From: Macrostomum lignano
Taxonomy: Eukaryota
Assembly (NCBI GenBank): GCA_002269645.1
Contig: NIVC01000830.1
Coordinates: 1-64,000 of the forward strand
Direction: 5' to 3'
DNA: 64,000 nucleotides
In this document: positions 23,427 through 35,225 of the stretch, in pieces
Position numbering within the stretch: position 1 is the first letter of the stretch
Layout of the letters: every line of letters starts with the position of its first letter
Translations under genes and position numbers: made by a program
The notes under the pieces: generated by a model
What the model was told of the DNA's origin: nothing
Seen by the model: the letters and a program-made list of their open reading frames with translations, nothing else
Databases searched by the model: none

Positions 23427-24401
23427 GATTAAGCGCGCCAGGAATAAGCGCGCACGTGTATTTTTTGCACACGTCGGAATAAGCGCGCCAGGGAACAAGC
23501 GCGCACGGAAAAATGTTGGAATAAGCGCGCTGCGATATATCAAAATACTGTAATAAGCGCGCATCCATATTCCTAGGTACAGGAAAGAGCGCGCAACGTT
23601 TTTTAAAAGTCCTGGAATAAGCGCGCACAGATTTACAACAGAACTAAGATTAAAGTCGAATTTAAACTATGTATTTAAGACGAAGCAAGGTTAAAGTTAA
23701 AATTGCTAAAAGCTAAAAGCTGAGCTAAAAGTTGAAACTGCAGCTGAGAAGTTCGCTAAAATTAAAAATGGAGCTGCTTAATAAAACCATTGGTTGTAGA
23801 GGTGGAGCTGCTGATACGAGACAGGCTGAGAGTCCAGAGCCGGCTGGAGCTGCTGATACGAGACAGGCTGAGAGTCCAGAGCCAGCTGAAGCTGCTGATA
23901 CGAGACAGGCTGAGAGTCCAGAGCCGGCTGGAGCTGCTGATACGAGACAGGCTGAGAGTCCAGAGCCAGCTGGAGCTGCTGATACGAGACAGGCTGAGAG
24001 TCCAGAGCCAGCTGGAGCTGCTGATACGAGACAGGCTGAGAGTCCAGAGCCAGCTGGAGCTGCTGATACGAGACAGGCTGAGAGTCCAGAGCCAGCTGGA
24101 GCTGCTGATACGAGACAGGCTGAGAGTCCAGAGCCGGCTGGAGCTGCTGATACGAGACAGGCTGAGAGTTCAGAGCCGGCTGGTCGGCTTGCCGTTTTGT
24201 TGCCATCATTTGGTCAGCCATTCCGAAAGCGGGTAAAATTTTGGCGCGCTTGTTCCAAGTCATGGCGCTTTGCGCGCTTTTTCCTGTATCGATCAAAAAT
24301 ACTGCGCGCTTATTCCGGTCTGTGGAAAGTAAACTGCGCGCTTATTCCGAACCATGTAAAATATGTGCGAAAATGCGCGCTTGTTCCTGGCGCGCTTAAT
24401 C
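23427..24401. mobile_element. Foldback/MITE-like element with long imperfect TIRs built of TAAGCGCGC motifs
   Basis: Left GATTAAGCGCGCCAGGAATAAGCGCGCA; right end reverse-complement GATTAAGCGCGCCAGGAACAAGCGCGCA. Multiple subterminal AAGCGCGC / GCGCGCTT motifs. Confidence 0.75.
23803..24182. repeat. 42-bp tandem repeat, about 9 copies, inside the foldback element
   Basis: GCTGCTGATACGAGACAGGCTGAGAGTCCAGAGCCAGCTGGA units. Confidence 0.95.
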
Positions 24402-25604
24402 TAGCTACCCCGTCCCGAACACTCCTAGCTAGTATGCATGTAATGAACTATAATATGTATTGAAATGAAATTATCCCTGTAATGATACGATCAATGTTCT
24501 CAGCTACAATGCAAGCTAGCAATTTAATTAATTTTTGCACGCGAACAAAGCACAAAGCGCGTATTTGGCGTCTGAGAGACATAGCAATTCTGTCAGTCAG
24601 CCATCCTGTCCGGCTTTCAGGCCCCATCATCGATAGCAGCTAGCGCTATCACGAGCGTATCTTATATATTCGTTCTTGCGAGTGTGTGGTCTGAGGATCA
24701 ATAATTAGAAGCATCTCAAGACGCTATAATGAAGAAGAGAAGACAGCCGAGTAGAAAGAGTAGGAAAGTGAGACTCCCCCCTAGGGGAAAGCGCCTAAAA
24801 AGTGGATCAGATAACTTAGGACGTTGTCGCTTGGTTGGCCTCCTGGCCCGCCATAATAATGTTTTCATGATCAGTAATTAGAATCGCCGCGAGCAAAACA
24901 GCTCAGGTTAAAAAGAGAGAAATCCTCGAGTCAGTCTAGCGCTGTGAACGGTCCTTCAATCAGTCTAGCAGCCCCCACCCTCCGCCACACCAGAGCGGTT
25001 TAAAGAGGCTTAATTATAAACGGCACTGCTTTTTGTCTCTTTGAAGTGTCGGTTGTATTTTTACTTTGAAGGCAAAAAGTCTTATTATTATTCGCGACTG
25101 AGCGAGCCGCCCCCCCCCCCCCAGGGACTGGATCTGCCGCCCCCATCTTCCATCCGGGATGAAGCGCGTTTGAGCTTCATTTGAGATTGACCTTCTCTCC
25201 TTTCCGCTTCGCTTTCAGTTGAAGCCTATTGGGATGCAAATTTCTATTGTGCCGGTTCCAATTGACCAGTCAGGCTGCTAGCGGGGGCGGTCTGGCCAAA
25301 CTGAATTAAAGAACAACTTGTACTAAAATAATTTGCAAGCCCGCTGATAGGAGAGCATGGGCAGGCTTGAATTGTACAATGTGACACAGATGGCAATGTA
25401 AATAGGAAATTTCTGCTATTTCCCAGGAGAAGGGGAGGGAAGAATGCTCTACATCGCACGCAAGATGCTCGCGCCTCAACGCCTGCTGAGACTCGCATGC
25501 GCTTGGCAAAGCTAATTAGGCTGCCAGAAAAATTTAAATTCACAAGAAAAACGGGCATTTGCTTTTAAAAGAAATTAATCGATTAGGATTAAAAGACAGT
25601 GCTT

Positions 25605-27010
25605 TGAGACAGGGAGATAAGAGAGGTAGACACAGGGAGATAAGAGAGGCAGAGACCGGGAGATAAGAGAGGTAGAGGCAGGGAGATAAGAGAGGTAAAG
25701 ACCGGGAGATAAGAGAGGTAGAGGCAGGGAGATACTGTAGGTAGAGACAGCTGGAGATAAGAGAGGTAAAGACAGGGAGATAAGAGAGGTAGAGACCGGG
25801 AGATAAGAGAGGTAGAGGCAGGGAGATAAGAGAGGTAGAGACAGGGAGATAAGAGAGGTAGAGACAGGGAGATGAATGAGGTAGAGATCGGGAGATAAGA
25901 GAGGTATAGGCAGGGAGATAAGAGAGGTAGAGACAGGGAGATAAGAGAGGTAGAGACCGGGAGATAAGAGAGGTGGAGGCAGGGAGATAAGCGAGATAGA
26001 GACAGGAAGATAAGAGAGGTAGAGCAGGGAGATAAGAGAGGTAGAGACAGGGAGATAAGAGAGGTAGAGACAGGGAGATAAGAGAGGTAGAGACAGGGAG
26101 ATAAGAGAGGTAGAGGCAGGGAGATACTGTAGGTAGAGACAGCTGGAGATAAGAGAGGTAAAGACAGGGAGATAAGAGAGGTAGAGACCGGGAGATAAGA
26201 GAGGTAGAGGCAGGGAGATAAGAGAGGTAGAGACAGGGAGATAAGAGAGGTAGAGACAGGGAGATGAATGAGGTAGAGATCGGGAGATAAGAGAGGTATA
26301 GGCAGGGAGATAAGAGAGGTAGAGACAGGGAGATAAGAGAGGTAGAGACCGGGAGATAAGAGAGGTGGAGGCAGGGAGATAAGCGAGATAGAGACAGGAA
26401 GATAAGAGAGGTAGAGCAGGGAGATAAGAGAGGTAGAGACAGGGAGATAAGAGAGGTAGAGACAGGGAGATAAGAGAGGTAGAGACAGGGAGATAAGAGG
26501 GGTAGAGACAGGGAGATAAGAGAGGTAGAGACAGGGAGATAAGAGAGGTAGAGACAGGGAGATAAGAGAGGTAGAGACCGGGAGATAAGAGAGGTGGAGG
26601 CAGGGAGATAAGCGAGATAGAGACAGGAAGATAAGAGAGGTAGAGCAGGGAGATAAGAGAGGTAGAGACAGGGAGATAAGAGAGGTAGAGACAGGGAGAT
26701 AAGAGAGGTAGAGACAGGGAGATAAGAGGGGTAGAGACAGGGAGATAAGAGAGGTAGAGACAGGGAGATAAGAGAGGTAGAGACAGGGAGATAAGAGAGG
26801 TAGAGACCGGGAGATAAGAGAGGTGGAGGCAGGGAGATAAGCGAGATAGAGACAGGAAGATAAGAGAGGTAGAGACAGGGAGATAAGAGAGGTAGAGACC
26901 GGGAGATAAGAGAGGTGGAGGCAGGGAGATAAGCGAGATAGAGACAGGAAGATAAGAGAGGTAGAGCAGGGAGATAAGAGAGGTAGAGACAGGGAGATAA
27001 GCGATATAGA
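25605..27010. repeat. 23-bp GA-rich minisatellite (GATAAGAGAGGTAGAGACAGGGA) with higher-order blocks
   Basis: About 1.4 kb array with recurring variant units. Confidence 0.96.
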
Positions 27011-27144
27011 GGCTAGAGCTCATACTAACAGACTGGGAGAGGTACGCATAGAGGCGGACAATTTACTGTTCTGAAACTTTGCGCAATCACAGAGCTGGAA
27101 TCAAGTGTTTCAATGTATCAGAATGAGTAAACAAGACTCTACTC

Positions 27145-27381
27145 CAAGGGTCGGCAAACTCTCCGGCAAGCGAAGCCTCTTTATCGGCGAAGCCTTTGAA
27201 ACTTAATAATCGTGTAGTAGTCCGGCTATGGTCTCTTCTCAGCTCTTTCTCTCCCCTCTCTCCCATCTCATATAATCTACCAGTGTATTTTCTCGTCTTT
27301 CTTTTCTCATCCGTAGCCATGGGCATCGGCTGAATTCTTTATCTTGCCCTCCGAGGTGAAAAAAAAGATTTTCGACCCCTG
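27145..27381 (+). mobile_element. hAT/Charlie-like MITE with 8-bp TSD
   Basis: Left CAAGGGTCGGCAAACT; right end reverse-complement CAGGGGTCGAAAATCT. Flanks CTCTACTC / CTCTAATC match at 7 of 8 positions. Confidence 0.75.
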
Positions 27382-28015
27382 CTCTAATCACTCACGATGT
27401 TAAGCCAGGGATATACTAAGGAAGTCATTGAAACCATATAAGCCTAAACGCATTCAGTTAACTAGATTATTCACACACGAATAAGCAGTTATAAGCGCTT
27501 GACTAGCTCGTGAAAAAAATAGATCGATCAAAGCCAGCCAAAGAACGAAAAAAGTACATTTCGATGTGGCTTCAATTTTTCGGCATTCATTTGTTAAACC
27601 AAGTAAACCGGTTTGCTGCGTTTTGTTCGATCCCAACAAGCTGGAGGCCAGCGGGAGAACTTGGCCAAGGCGTCGGCTTCGCCCTAATCAGATATGCGCA
27701 CGATAAAAGCAGAGACCGCATCGGCGTTCGCTCCACTTATTACCGCTCCAAGTGCGGGCCTAGAGAGAGCCGAGCTGGGCTCACACAATTTTTCTTCATT
27801 TGCCGTGCATTACTTCGATTCTACAATGCAGAGACCTCTGGCCAGTTAATTCCGTAGTGCTAAGCTACCCAAATTGATTGGCTGCATGGGCTCCTCCCTG
27901 ATCGCGTATTGGCTAATATAATCAGGGGCTGCTCCAACTGAAATACGACCGAATTTTATTATATCCACTCAAGAAAGTGGAGCTCTGTTTTAGCCTCGAT
28001 AATCGCATCACTGTC

Positions 28016-29059
28016 ATGGAAGCTGCTCGGGAATTCGCGCATAGCAACGCCTCTTCCATCCTGCCAGTCGCGGTGCACCCGCTGGAGCCGCTCACCTACA
28101 TTCCGCTGTCGGCCGTGAACGCCACCTGCTCAATCGTAGCGCTGGTCTTCTTCACCAGAGCCAGCGCCCCGGTGCACCCGGTGCTGCGCCGGCTCCTCGC
28201 CGCCATGTCGGCCTTTGAGGCCCTGTTCCACGGCTCCGTCATCACCTTCTACGCCCGGCACCTGGCTCAGTCTTCGCAGCAGGGCGTCGGGCCCACCGCG
28301 CTCTCCGTGCTGCTGCGGTTCTCCCTTACCATGCGGAACTGGACAATGGGCTTCATCTCGTGGTCTCGCGTCGAGGCCGTCTGCTGTCCGCTGGCCGTCC
28401 GCTCCGACTCGGCATTCAAGCCGACTCACCTGGTTGCCATGGAGACGGCAGCCGGCACGGTGGCGCTCTGTCTCAGCATCCTGATGGTGCTGGCGCAGGA
28501 GTCGGCAGCTCAGCAGGCGCCGATGCGACATGAGCACATTGTGGAGATCGTCTTCTACACCTACCAAGGCATCCTGCCCATCGTCTCAGTGTTCACCGCC
28601 ACCTGCCTGACCGTCTGCGCCCTGCGCAAAGCGGCCACCGCTCGACCGCAGGCCAACTTGGACAACACCGCCATCTTACCGGCATCGGCGCCGACCAAAG
28701 GCGACTCAAATAATCGACGCCGGAGCCAGATGCATCGCCACGAGAAGCAGGCCGTGCGCCTTGTCGTGGCCCTGTCGGTCACCTGCCTCCTGCTGGAAAG
28801 TCCGACAGACGTGTGCGGCTTTGTACGAAGCAAGACTCCGGTGACAGAGCTCGTAGTGAACACCCTGGTTGAGCTGGACTCGCTGTTCAACTTCGGGCTG
28901 CTGGCCTGCACCACCGGCCTCGCTGCTGTCCGGCAGCATCGCAGTAAACGGCGGCGCCAGTCGGCGGCTCCAGCCGAAACGGTCTTCGTTGCCCATGGCA
29001 ACCACAGAAGCGAGAAAAAGCAATCCTGGGCTTACATTGTTCACGAGACAACAGTATAG
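28016..29059 (+). CDS. Second divergent rhodopsin-like GPCR
   Basis: ATG at 28016 in a 360-aa ORF with about seven hydrophobic segments. TM3 end RNWTMGFISWSRVEAVCCPL, TM6 LLLESP, TM7 DSLFNF. An upstream acceptor at ~27993 is possible. Confidence 0.75.
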   Translation: MEAAREFAHSNASSILPVAVHPLEPLTYIPLSAVNATCSIVALVFFTRASAPVHPVLRRLLAAMSAFEALFHGSVITFYARHLAQSSQQGVGPTALSVLLRFSLTMRNWTMGFISWSRVEAVCCPLAVRSDSAFKPTHLVAMETAAGTVALCLSILMVLAQESAAQQAPMRHEHIVEIVFYTYQGILPIVSVFTATCLTVCALRKAATARPQANLDNTAILPASAPTKGDSNNRRRSQMHRHEKQAVRLVVALSVTCLLLESPTDVCGFVRSKTPVTELVVNTLVELDSLFNFGLLACTTGLAAVRQHRSKRRRQSAAPAETVFVAHGNHRSEKKQSWAYIVHETTV

Positions 29060-32000
29060 GGGACAATGACAGTTCCTTGATTAGTAGATCCACTGGACGA
29101 ATGCCAATAATTCGTTAATATCAAATTTAATCATATCGAAAAGAATCGAAAAGCAAATATTGTTTCTAATTTTTATATCGTATCAACTGCACCTACAGAT
29201 GGTTGCACCTACGATTGTGAAACGTGTGCACGCAGTTGTACGTATTCGTCGCGCATTTGATTGAACGAAGTTCTACGAGTATAATCATATTTTCTGCGTT
29301 CTGTTCTGTTCTGACGTTTTTTGAAAAATATGCTTCAAGAAAGCGCCGAGTTTCTTCTAATAAAGCAAGTAAAGTCAGTCGCGCTTATAAATTCAAAGTG
29401 GACTCCCATCGGCAATTGTGGATTAAAGGAAGTCTACAAAGCGCAAGTATTTCGCCAGCAAGAAGCCAAACGAAAGGATTTTACCCCAAGATTTTCTAGA
29501 ACCACTATCTGAAATCTTTTCATTCTCGAATAAATATTTAAATTAGGAAATTTCTAAGCCAGCGGTTCTTTGCTATCATACATGCATAAATATTTGCATG
29601 AGGGCTACAAGCACCCTGGTGCAATGGCTTCGGTAACATCGTCCCGCAACAAGCTCTGACTCCTGAGCACACGAACTTTCCCACCTACATGTACAGTCTT
29701 GGTTACCCTGCTGGAAGCTATACCTGCCGAAATATTTCAGTACGGGTACAAAACTAATTTAAACAGAATTCCAATTTTACTAAGATTATCAAAGATTTAA
29801 GTTACCTCGAATCTTACAAAAACTTAAGCATGAGAATTATTAAGAAACACCTCTGCGATTATAATCTATGATTATGAACATATCTTGCAAGATTCTTCTA
29901 ACTACCGAAGTAGCCATAGATTGCACTTCGGGCTGCATTATGTAATGTACTTAGCGGTAAAAAAATAAAATCGTGCGGCTAGTACCCAGCGCTTTATAAT
30001 AAATGTACCTGGTACGAGTATAACTTTTTAAGCCTTTTGTGCACCGAGTCAACAGACACACTTTAGAAGATTTTTGACGGCAATCTCTGTGTCCAGCGAA
30101 AAAGTATCTTTAACCCCCCCCTCTGGAGACAGAACTATCCCCACTTCCCCACTCTCGTCGCTTCCTGGTGCGATATTATATATTGAAGGCTTTTATAATT
30201 ATCCAATTCTAGGAGAAGCAGGTGCGCTTCTTCTTCAAACTGTGCGCGTCTAAAAAGCGTCACTCTGCCAGATGGCTAAAACATCAGAGAGGTGCCAGGT
30301 GCGCAAGCCACAGCAATTATACCTGGTAGGTGCATAAAGAATAGCATTTATCGCGGTGCTCGTATTGTACTTGTCTTTAAGGAGCATAATTTCGACGCTG
30401 CATACGGTTGCATTTACTTCGCTTTAATTGCGCAGGCAATTTGGCTTCTTGTCCCTATACTGCCGATTCACTATTCATCTGGCAGCAAATACTGCCGCAG
30501 ACCGGTTTTCGCAACATTGCAATATTGTGTCCATCACCCCTTTGAGTAATTCAGTGCGTTGAACGCATCGAGGGGAGAAGCGCTCGCATACTTTGTTCTT
30601 GCCTGTATGTTGGTGGCGGGCGATGGGTGTGGGTGGTGAGTCGCGCCGGCCCCCTCTGTTTGTCTCACGATTCCGACTGAGCAGCCGGTATTGCAACAAG
30701 CTTTACAGTGTGACGATAAGCGTTACAGTGTGACGGAAAGCATTACAGTGTGACGACAAGCACTACCCTAAGGTCTTTGAAACTTCCCAATAGCAATCCG
30801 GCGCGCTCAATGTTTGTGTTCTCTTCAGCTCTCTGAAGGATGGAACAAAAGAAGCAAAAGAACTAGGCATGGCTCTCCTTTGTGGTGCTCCTCGCTAGTA
30901 CAAACGCTACGCTGACGATTACGCTCGCTATTTTCGAAGGCGAAACTCAGGACGAGTTTGTCAACATCGCCAGCTCTACCTGTAAAAATATCAAATTCGC
31001 CGTTGAAGGAAGATGTAAAAATTCCCCTCTCTTGACACTGATGTTGGCATACCACCGTGTTTAGAAATCCTACGGTTTCACAAGCCCTATGCTGAGATTT
31101 GAACTCTGGTAGCAGGCAGTAGAATATATGATCTGGTTGGTTGCTTTCTCCACAGAGCCTTTTCCATTTGCAGGATCTTAAAAGTTCTTTCACATTAAGG
31201 TCCAACATGTGACTAGGTGGCTTAGTTAAGTAGGCTTAATTTGCACTTCTTAGAAAACGGTATTTAAATTTTACGAATAATAAATTTATTTATTATCCCA
31301 TAATTTCGTTTTAAACAGTAAGGGCATTTCTTAGTATAAATAGAAGCAGCCTGCAAGCCAAATAAAATAAAACTCTTTCGATCCTGGTTTCTTCTCACGC
31401 TCAATTGAGTTCTTGGTACCTCTGTAACTATCATATTTGGAGACGAAATTGATAATCAGCCTCAGGGCTAGTGCTTTATACTTCCGTGTTAATCATTTGA
31501 GTAGTAAGTGAGAACATAGGAATAGCCCCAAAGATTGGGAGAATAAACCGTTCAGAACGAGACCTCCAGATTCAGAATCTAAGGAACCCGCCTCAGGGCA
31601 GAATATCTATCAGAGTGTAATCTGTGACCCTCTGATCCATCAATAAGAGCAAACATGGAATAAGATAAGTACAGTGCCATAAAGACCACTCAGGCCAATA
31701 ATACATTATACGCTACTGACTTTACCTGATACGCTACCAGTACATAGTACAGTGTTAAAAAGTACATCAAGATATCACATTAGAAGATAACCCTACGTAA
31801 AAATTGGTGAGAACAGCTGAGATTAGGTCAGCCCTGTAACAACTTGGGGTCAGCTTTTGGGAGAGAAGTTAACCCCTTTCAAATTAGTTTACATGGCTAC
31901 CCAGGAACCCATGGAGCCATTTTATCGTCAACAGATTTCGCTGCAAAAGGCGAAGTAACCCCCTCAGATTGAAATAGTTGTTATATTGTTCTGTTATGAA

Positions 32001-32329
32001 ATAATGTCAATTTCATATATTAGCTGTGATAGCCATACTGTACGAAATGTTGATACGTATCGTTTTTTTCTTGCAATAACACGTTAGTAAGCGCATATTC
32101 ATATCTAGAAAAAAGAGAAACAGCAGCATTCCCGATATTATCAGGTGAACTCAGCTCCGGGCATTTTTATCCGTTATTTTTATCTTACTGTTCCCTCTTT
32201 CGTGATGTGAGCACGTGCTTTATACCTCGTTTATTTGTTTACAACCTCATTTGAAATGTATTCTTACGATAGCACTATAGTTTGACCATATATAGGGACC
32301 AAAGCACGCAGAAAATCTTTATGACAGTC

Positions 32330-33062
32330 ACCTCTGAGCACACTGGGAATCTTGATGACAGACACCTCTGAGCACACTGGGAATGCTTGATGGCAGACAC
32401 TTCTAATCACACTGGGAATCTTGATGGCAGAGACCTCTGAGCACACTGGGAATGCTTGATGACAGACACCTCTGAGCACACTGGGAATCTTGATGGCATA
32501 GACCTCTGAGCACACTGGGAATGCTTGATGGCAGACACTTCTAATCACACTGGGAATCTTGATGGCAGAGACCTCTGAGCACACTGGGAATGCTTGATGA
32601 CAGACACCTCTGAGCACACTGGGAATCTTGATGAAAGAGACCTCTGAGTACACTGGGAATCTTGATGACAGACACCTCTGAGCACACTGGGAATGCTTGA
32701 TGACAGACACCTCTGAGCACACTGGGAATGCTTGATGACAGACACCTCTGAGCACACTGGGAATGCTTGATGGCAGACCTCTGAGCACACTGGGAATCTT
32801 GATGACAGAGACCTCTGAGCACACTGGGAATCTTGATGGCATAGACCTCTGAGCACACTGAGAATCTTGATGGCAGAGACCTCTGAGCACACTGGGAATC
32901 TTGATGACGGAGACCTCTAAGCACACTGGGAATCTTGATGACGGAGACCTCTAAGCACACTGGGAATCTTGATGACGGAAACCTCTAAGCACACTGGGAA
33001 TCTTGATGACAGAGACCTCTAAGCACACTGGGAATCTTGATGGCAGAGACCTCTGAGCACAC
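32330..33062. repeat. 34/35-bp minisatellite (CTCTGAGCACACTGGGAATCTTGATGACAGACAC)
   Basis: About 21 units in two length variants. Confidence 0.95.
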
Positions 33063-33582
33063 TGGCCAGTCGCCAATGCTAATTACCAATCAATGCACGG
33101 GAACAGAAAAGGACAAATAATCTTATTAAATCCTGTCTAAGAGTATATAACCTCCACTAATCCCGATTAAACACAATTTTCTTTCTAGTTGCAACAGCTG
33201 GAAATTATTTTCCAAAGATATCGCTTTTTACAATGAACGATTTATGCAGATCTAGATTAAATAGAATACAATAAAAAGGAGAGATTAATTACTGTATACA
33301 CAACGATGCTCAGAAGCAGAAGAAGTAGCCAGCTTTATATTTATTGATTAGACCAAATTTACAAACACACTCGTACAGTAGAACTGACAGACAAAGTCAA
33401 ATTTCACCAATCACTCCAGCTATAATTGATTTAGATTGGTTTGCCTATTCTTTACCATGTTGCTCCTGTTAATTAAAGTAAAAAGCAAAGTGAAAATCGA
33501 ACATGAAAAAGACAAATAGTCGGCTTTGACGGGTTTGCTCTTTTGATCACATCTGTCGTGTCTGTCTATCTGTCCGTCTGTC

Positions 33583-33715
33583 TTGGCTTTATTGTCTATG
33601 GCCGAGAGCAGTTCTGTGGCAGTGGCTTTGATTGGCTTTATTGTCTATGGCCGAGATCAGTTCTGTGGCAGTGGCTTTGATTGGCTTTATTGTCTATGGC
33701 CGAGAGCAGTTCTGC
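33583..33715. repeat. 49-bp tandem repeat, about 2.7 copies
   Basis: TTGGCTTTATTGTCTATGGCCGAGAGCAGTTCTGTGGCAGTGGCTTTGA. Confidence 0.85.
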
Positions 33716-34049
33716 AGAGTGGGGATTCGGGGATTCTATACTTTATCGGCTTAGCTATCAAAGCAGTAGTAACTGTCACCCCCCCCCCCCAAGAATCTGA
33801 TGGTACGAGTACTATGAATTTTATAAGCAAGTCCGAGCAGATACGCTTGCTTATTAACCATCGGTCCATCAGTTTTGACCAGACCAGACTGTCTGTACTC
33901 GAAGTTTTTATGTAAGCAATGAACTGCAAATAGAATAGAACGAGCGGACAGGGCTCAGATTAGCGCTCCATCTGATTCCTGCTTTATGGCATATTAAACA
34001 CTAAAAAAGTACATTAAGTCTCGCAAGTTAATCACTAGTCGGTCAAATT

Positions 34050-35225
34050 TCAATTCTTCTTTGCAGCAGCAGCAGCGGCAGGCTTCACCCGAACCGAGCC
34101 TTTCAACAAATCGCGAATCGACGAAGCCGGACCCGTTGATCTGGCCGAACTGCCAGACGGCCCGGCCGATGTGGACGACGTTGACGAGGTGGACGGACCA
34201 GCTAGGCGAGGTCGTTTAGCACTGAGCATGAGCTCCCTGGCCAGTCTGGCATCCTCGTCCTCCACCTGCTGCTCCTCGGTAATCCTGCGCGACTCCACAT
34301 CGCGGATGACCGTGTCCACGATATCGGAGCCGGCGTTGCGCTTGTTGAGCTCTTTAACATCTTGCAGAGTTTCCAGCATTTCCATTTCGCGTTTAGATTG
34401 GCTGGTCCGCTTCTCCAGCTGCTTCATGGGGTCCTTGGCGTCTTCGGCCTCCTCCTCTTCCAGACGCTTGCGTTCCAGCATTTCGGCGGTGCGGAGGGCC
34501 TGTGGTAAATACAAGCTGAATTAAAATAACGACAGAGCATAAACTACACTACTTATAGTAGACTACGCAGCATATGACCTTCTTTAATTGGCTAAATGAT
34601 GTTTCCGTGCCTCTGGTCCTTCCTTCAGTGAGCGATGCTTCTCCCACCCCATCTGGTCCTTCAGTGAGCGATGCTTCTCCCACCCCATCTGGTCCTTCAG
34701 TGAGCGATGCTCCCACCCCATCTGGTCCATCAGTGAGCGATGCTCCCACCCCATCTGGTCCATCAGTGAGCGATGCTTCTCCCACCCCATCTGGTCCTTC
34801 AGTGGGCGATAATTCTCGACGTTCCATACCATATTTCGCAGTTTAATAAAGCAATGAGCAATGATAGACAAGAAAGCACAAACCTCAAAATTGCGCTTAG
34901 CCCCGTGCTCAATAGTATAGTCTCCATTCTCCAAGTCAGTCTTCCAAGTAATTTCCGAGCAGCAGCCTGGACACCGGATGTAGAACCTGTAGATCCTCAG
35001 GCCCATGTAGGTCTCGCCCTCGGCTATCTCCATTCTAGAATTGAACTTTCTGGCCTTGTAGATGTACTCGCCGCACGAGGCGCAGCGCATATTGCACGGG
35101 GCCATGGTTCTAATACTGAATGTTTTATTATTGCGACTCTTATTCTTGTCCCGCGGCAGTTTGGGTATCCGGGACGGGTCATAGTCGGGCGGATAGTACT
35201 TATTTAGCACTTTGCGCTCGGTCAT
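34050..35225 (-). CDS. YJU2: Splicing factor YJU2/CCDC94 (Cwf16), 2 exons (35225-34884, 34499-34050), 263 aa
   Basis: [21 protein letters not shown]; [20 protein letters not shown]; [30 protein letters not shown]|A; [20 protein letters not shown]. Phase-0 GT-AG intron. Confidence 0.97.
34612..34805. repeat. 33/36-bp tandem repeat in the YJU2 intron
   Basis: CTGGTCCTTCAGTGAGCGATGCTTCTCCCACCCCAT, about 5 copies. Confidence 0.9.

Noticed and set aside
30290-31210. Short ORFs possibly from a decayed element
   Set aside because: No diagnostic motif recognised and there are frequent stops.
34584-34883. Extended YJU2 C-terminus with MGWEKHRSL repeats from the ORF track
   Set aside because: It is read-through into an intron minisatellite. 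The conserved protein continues in the exon at 34499.
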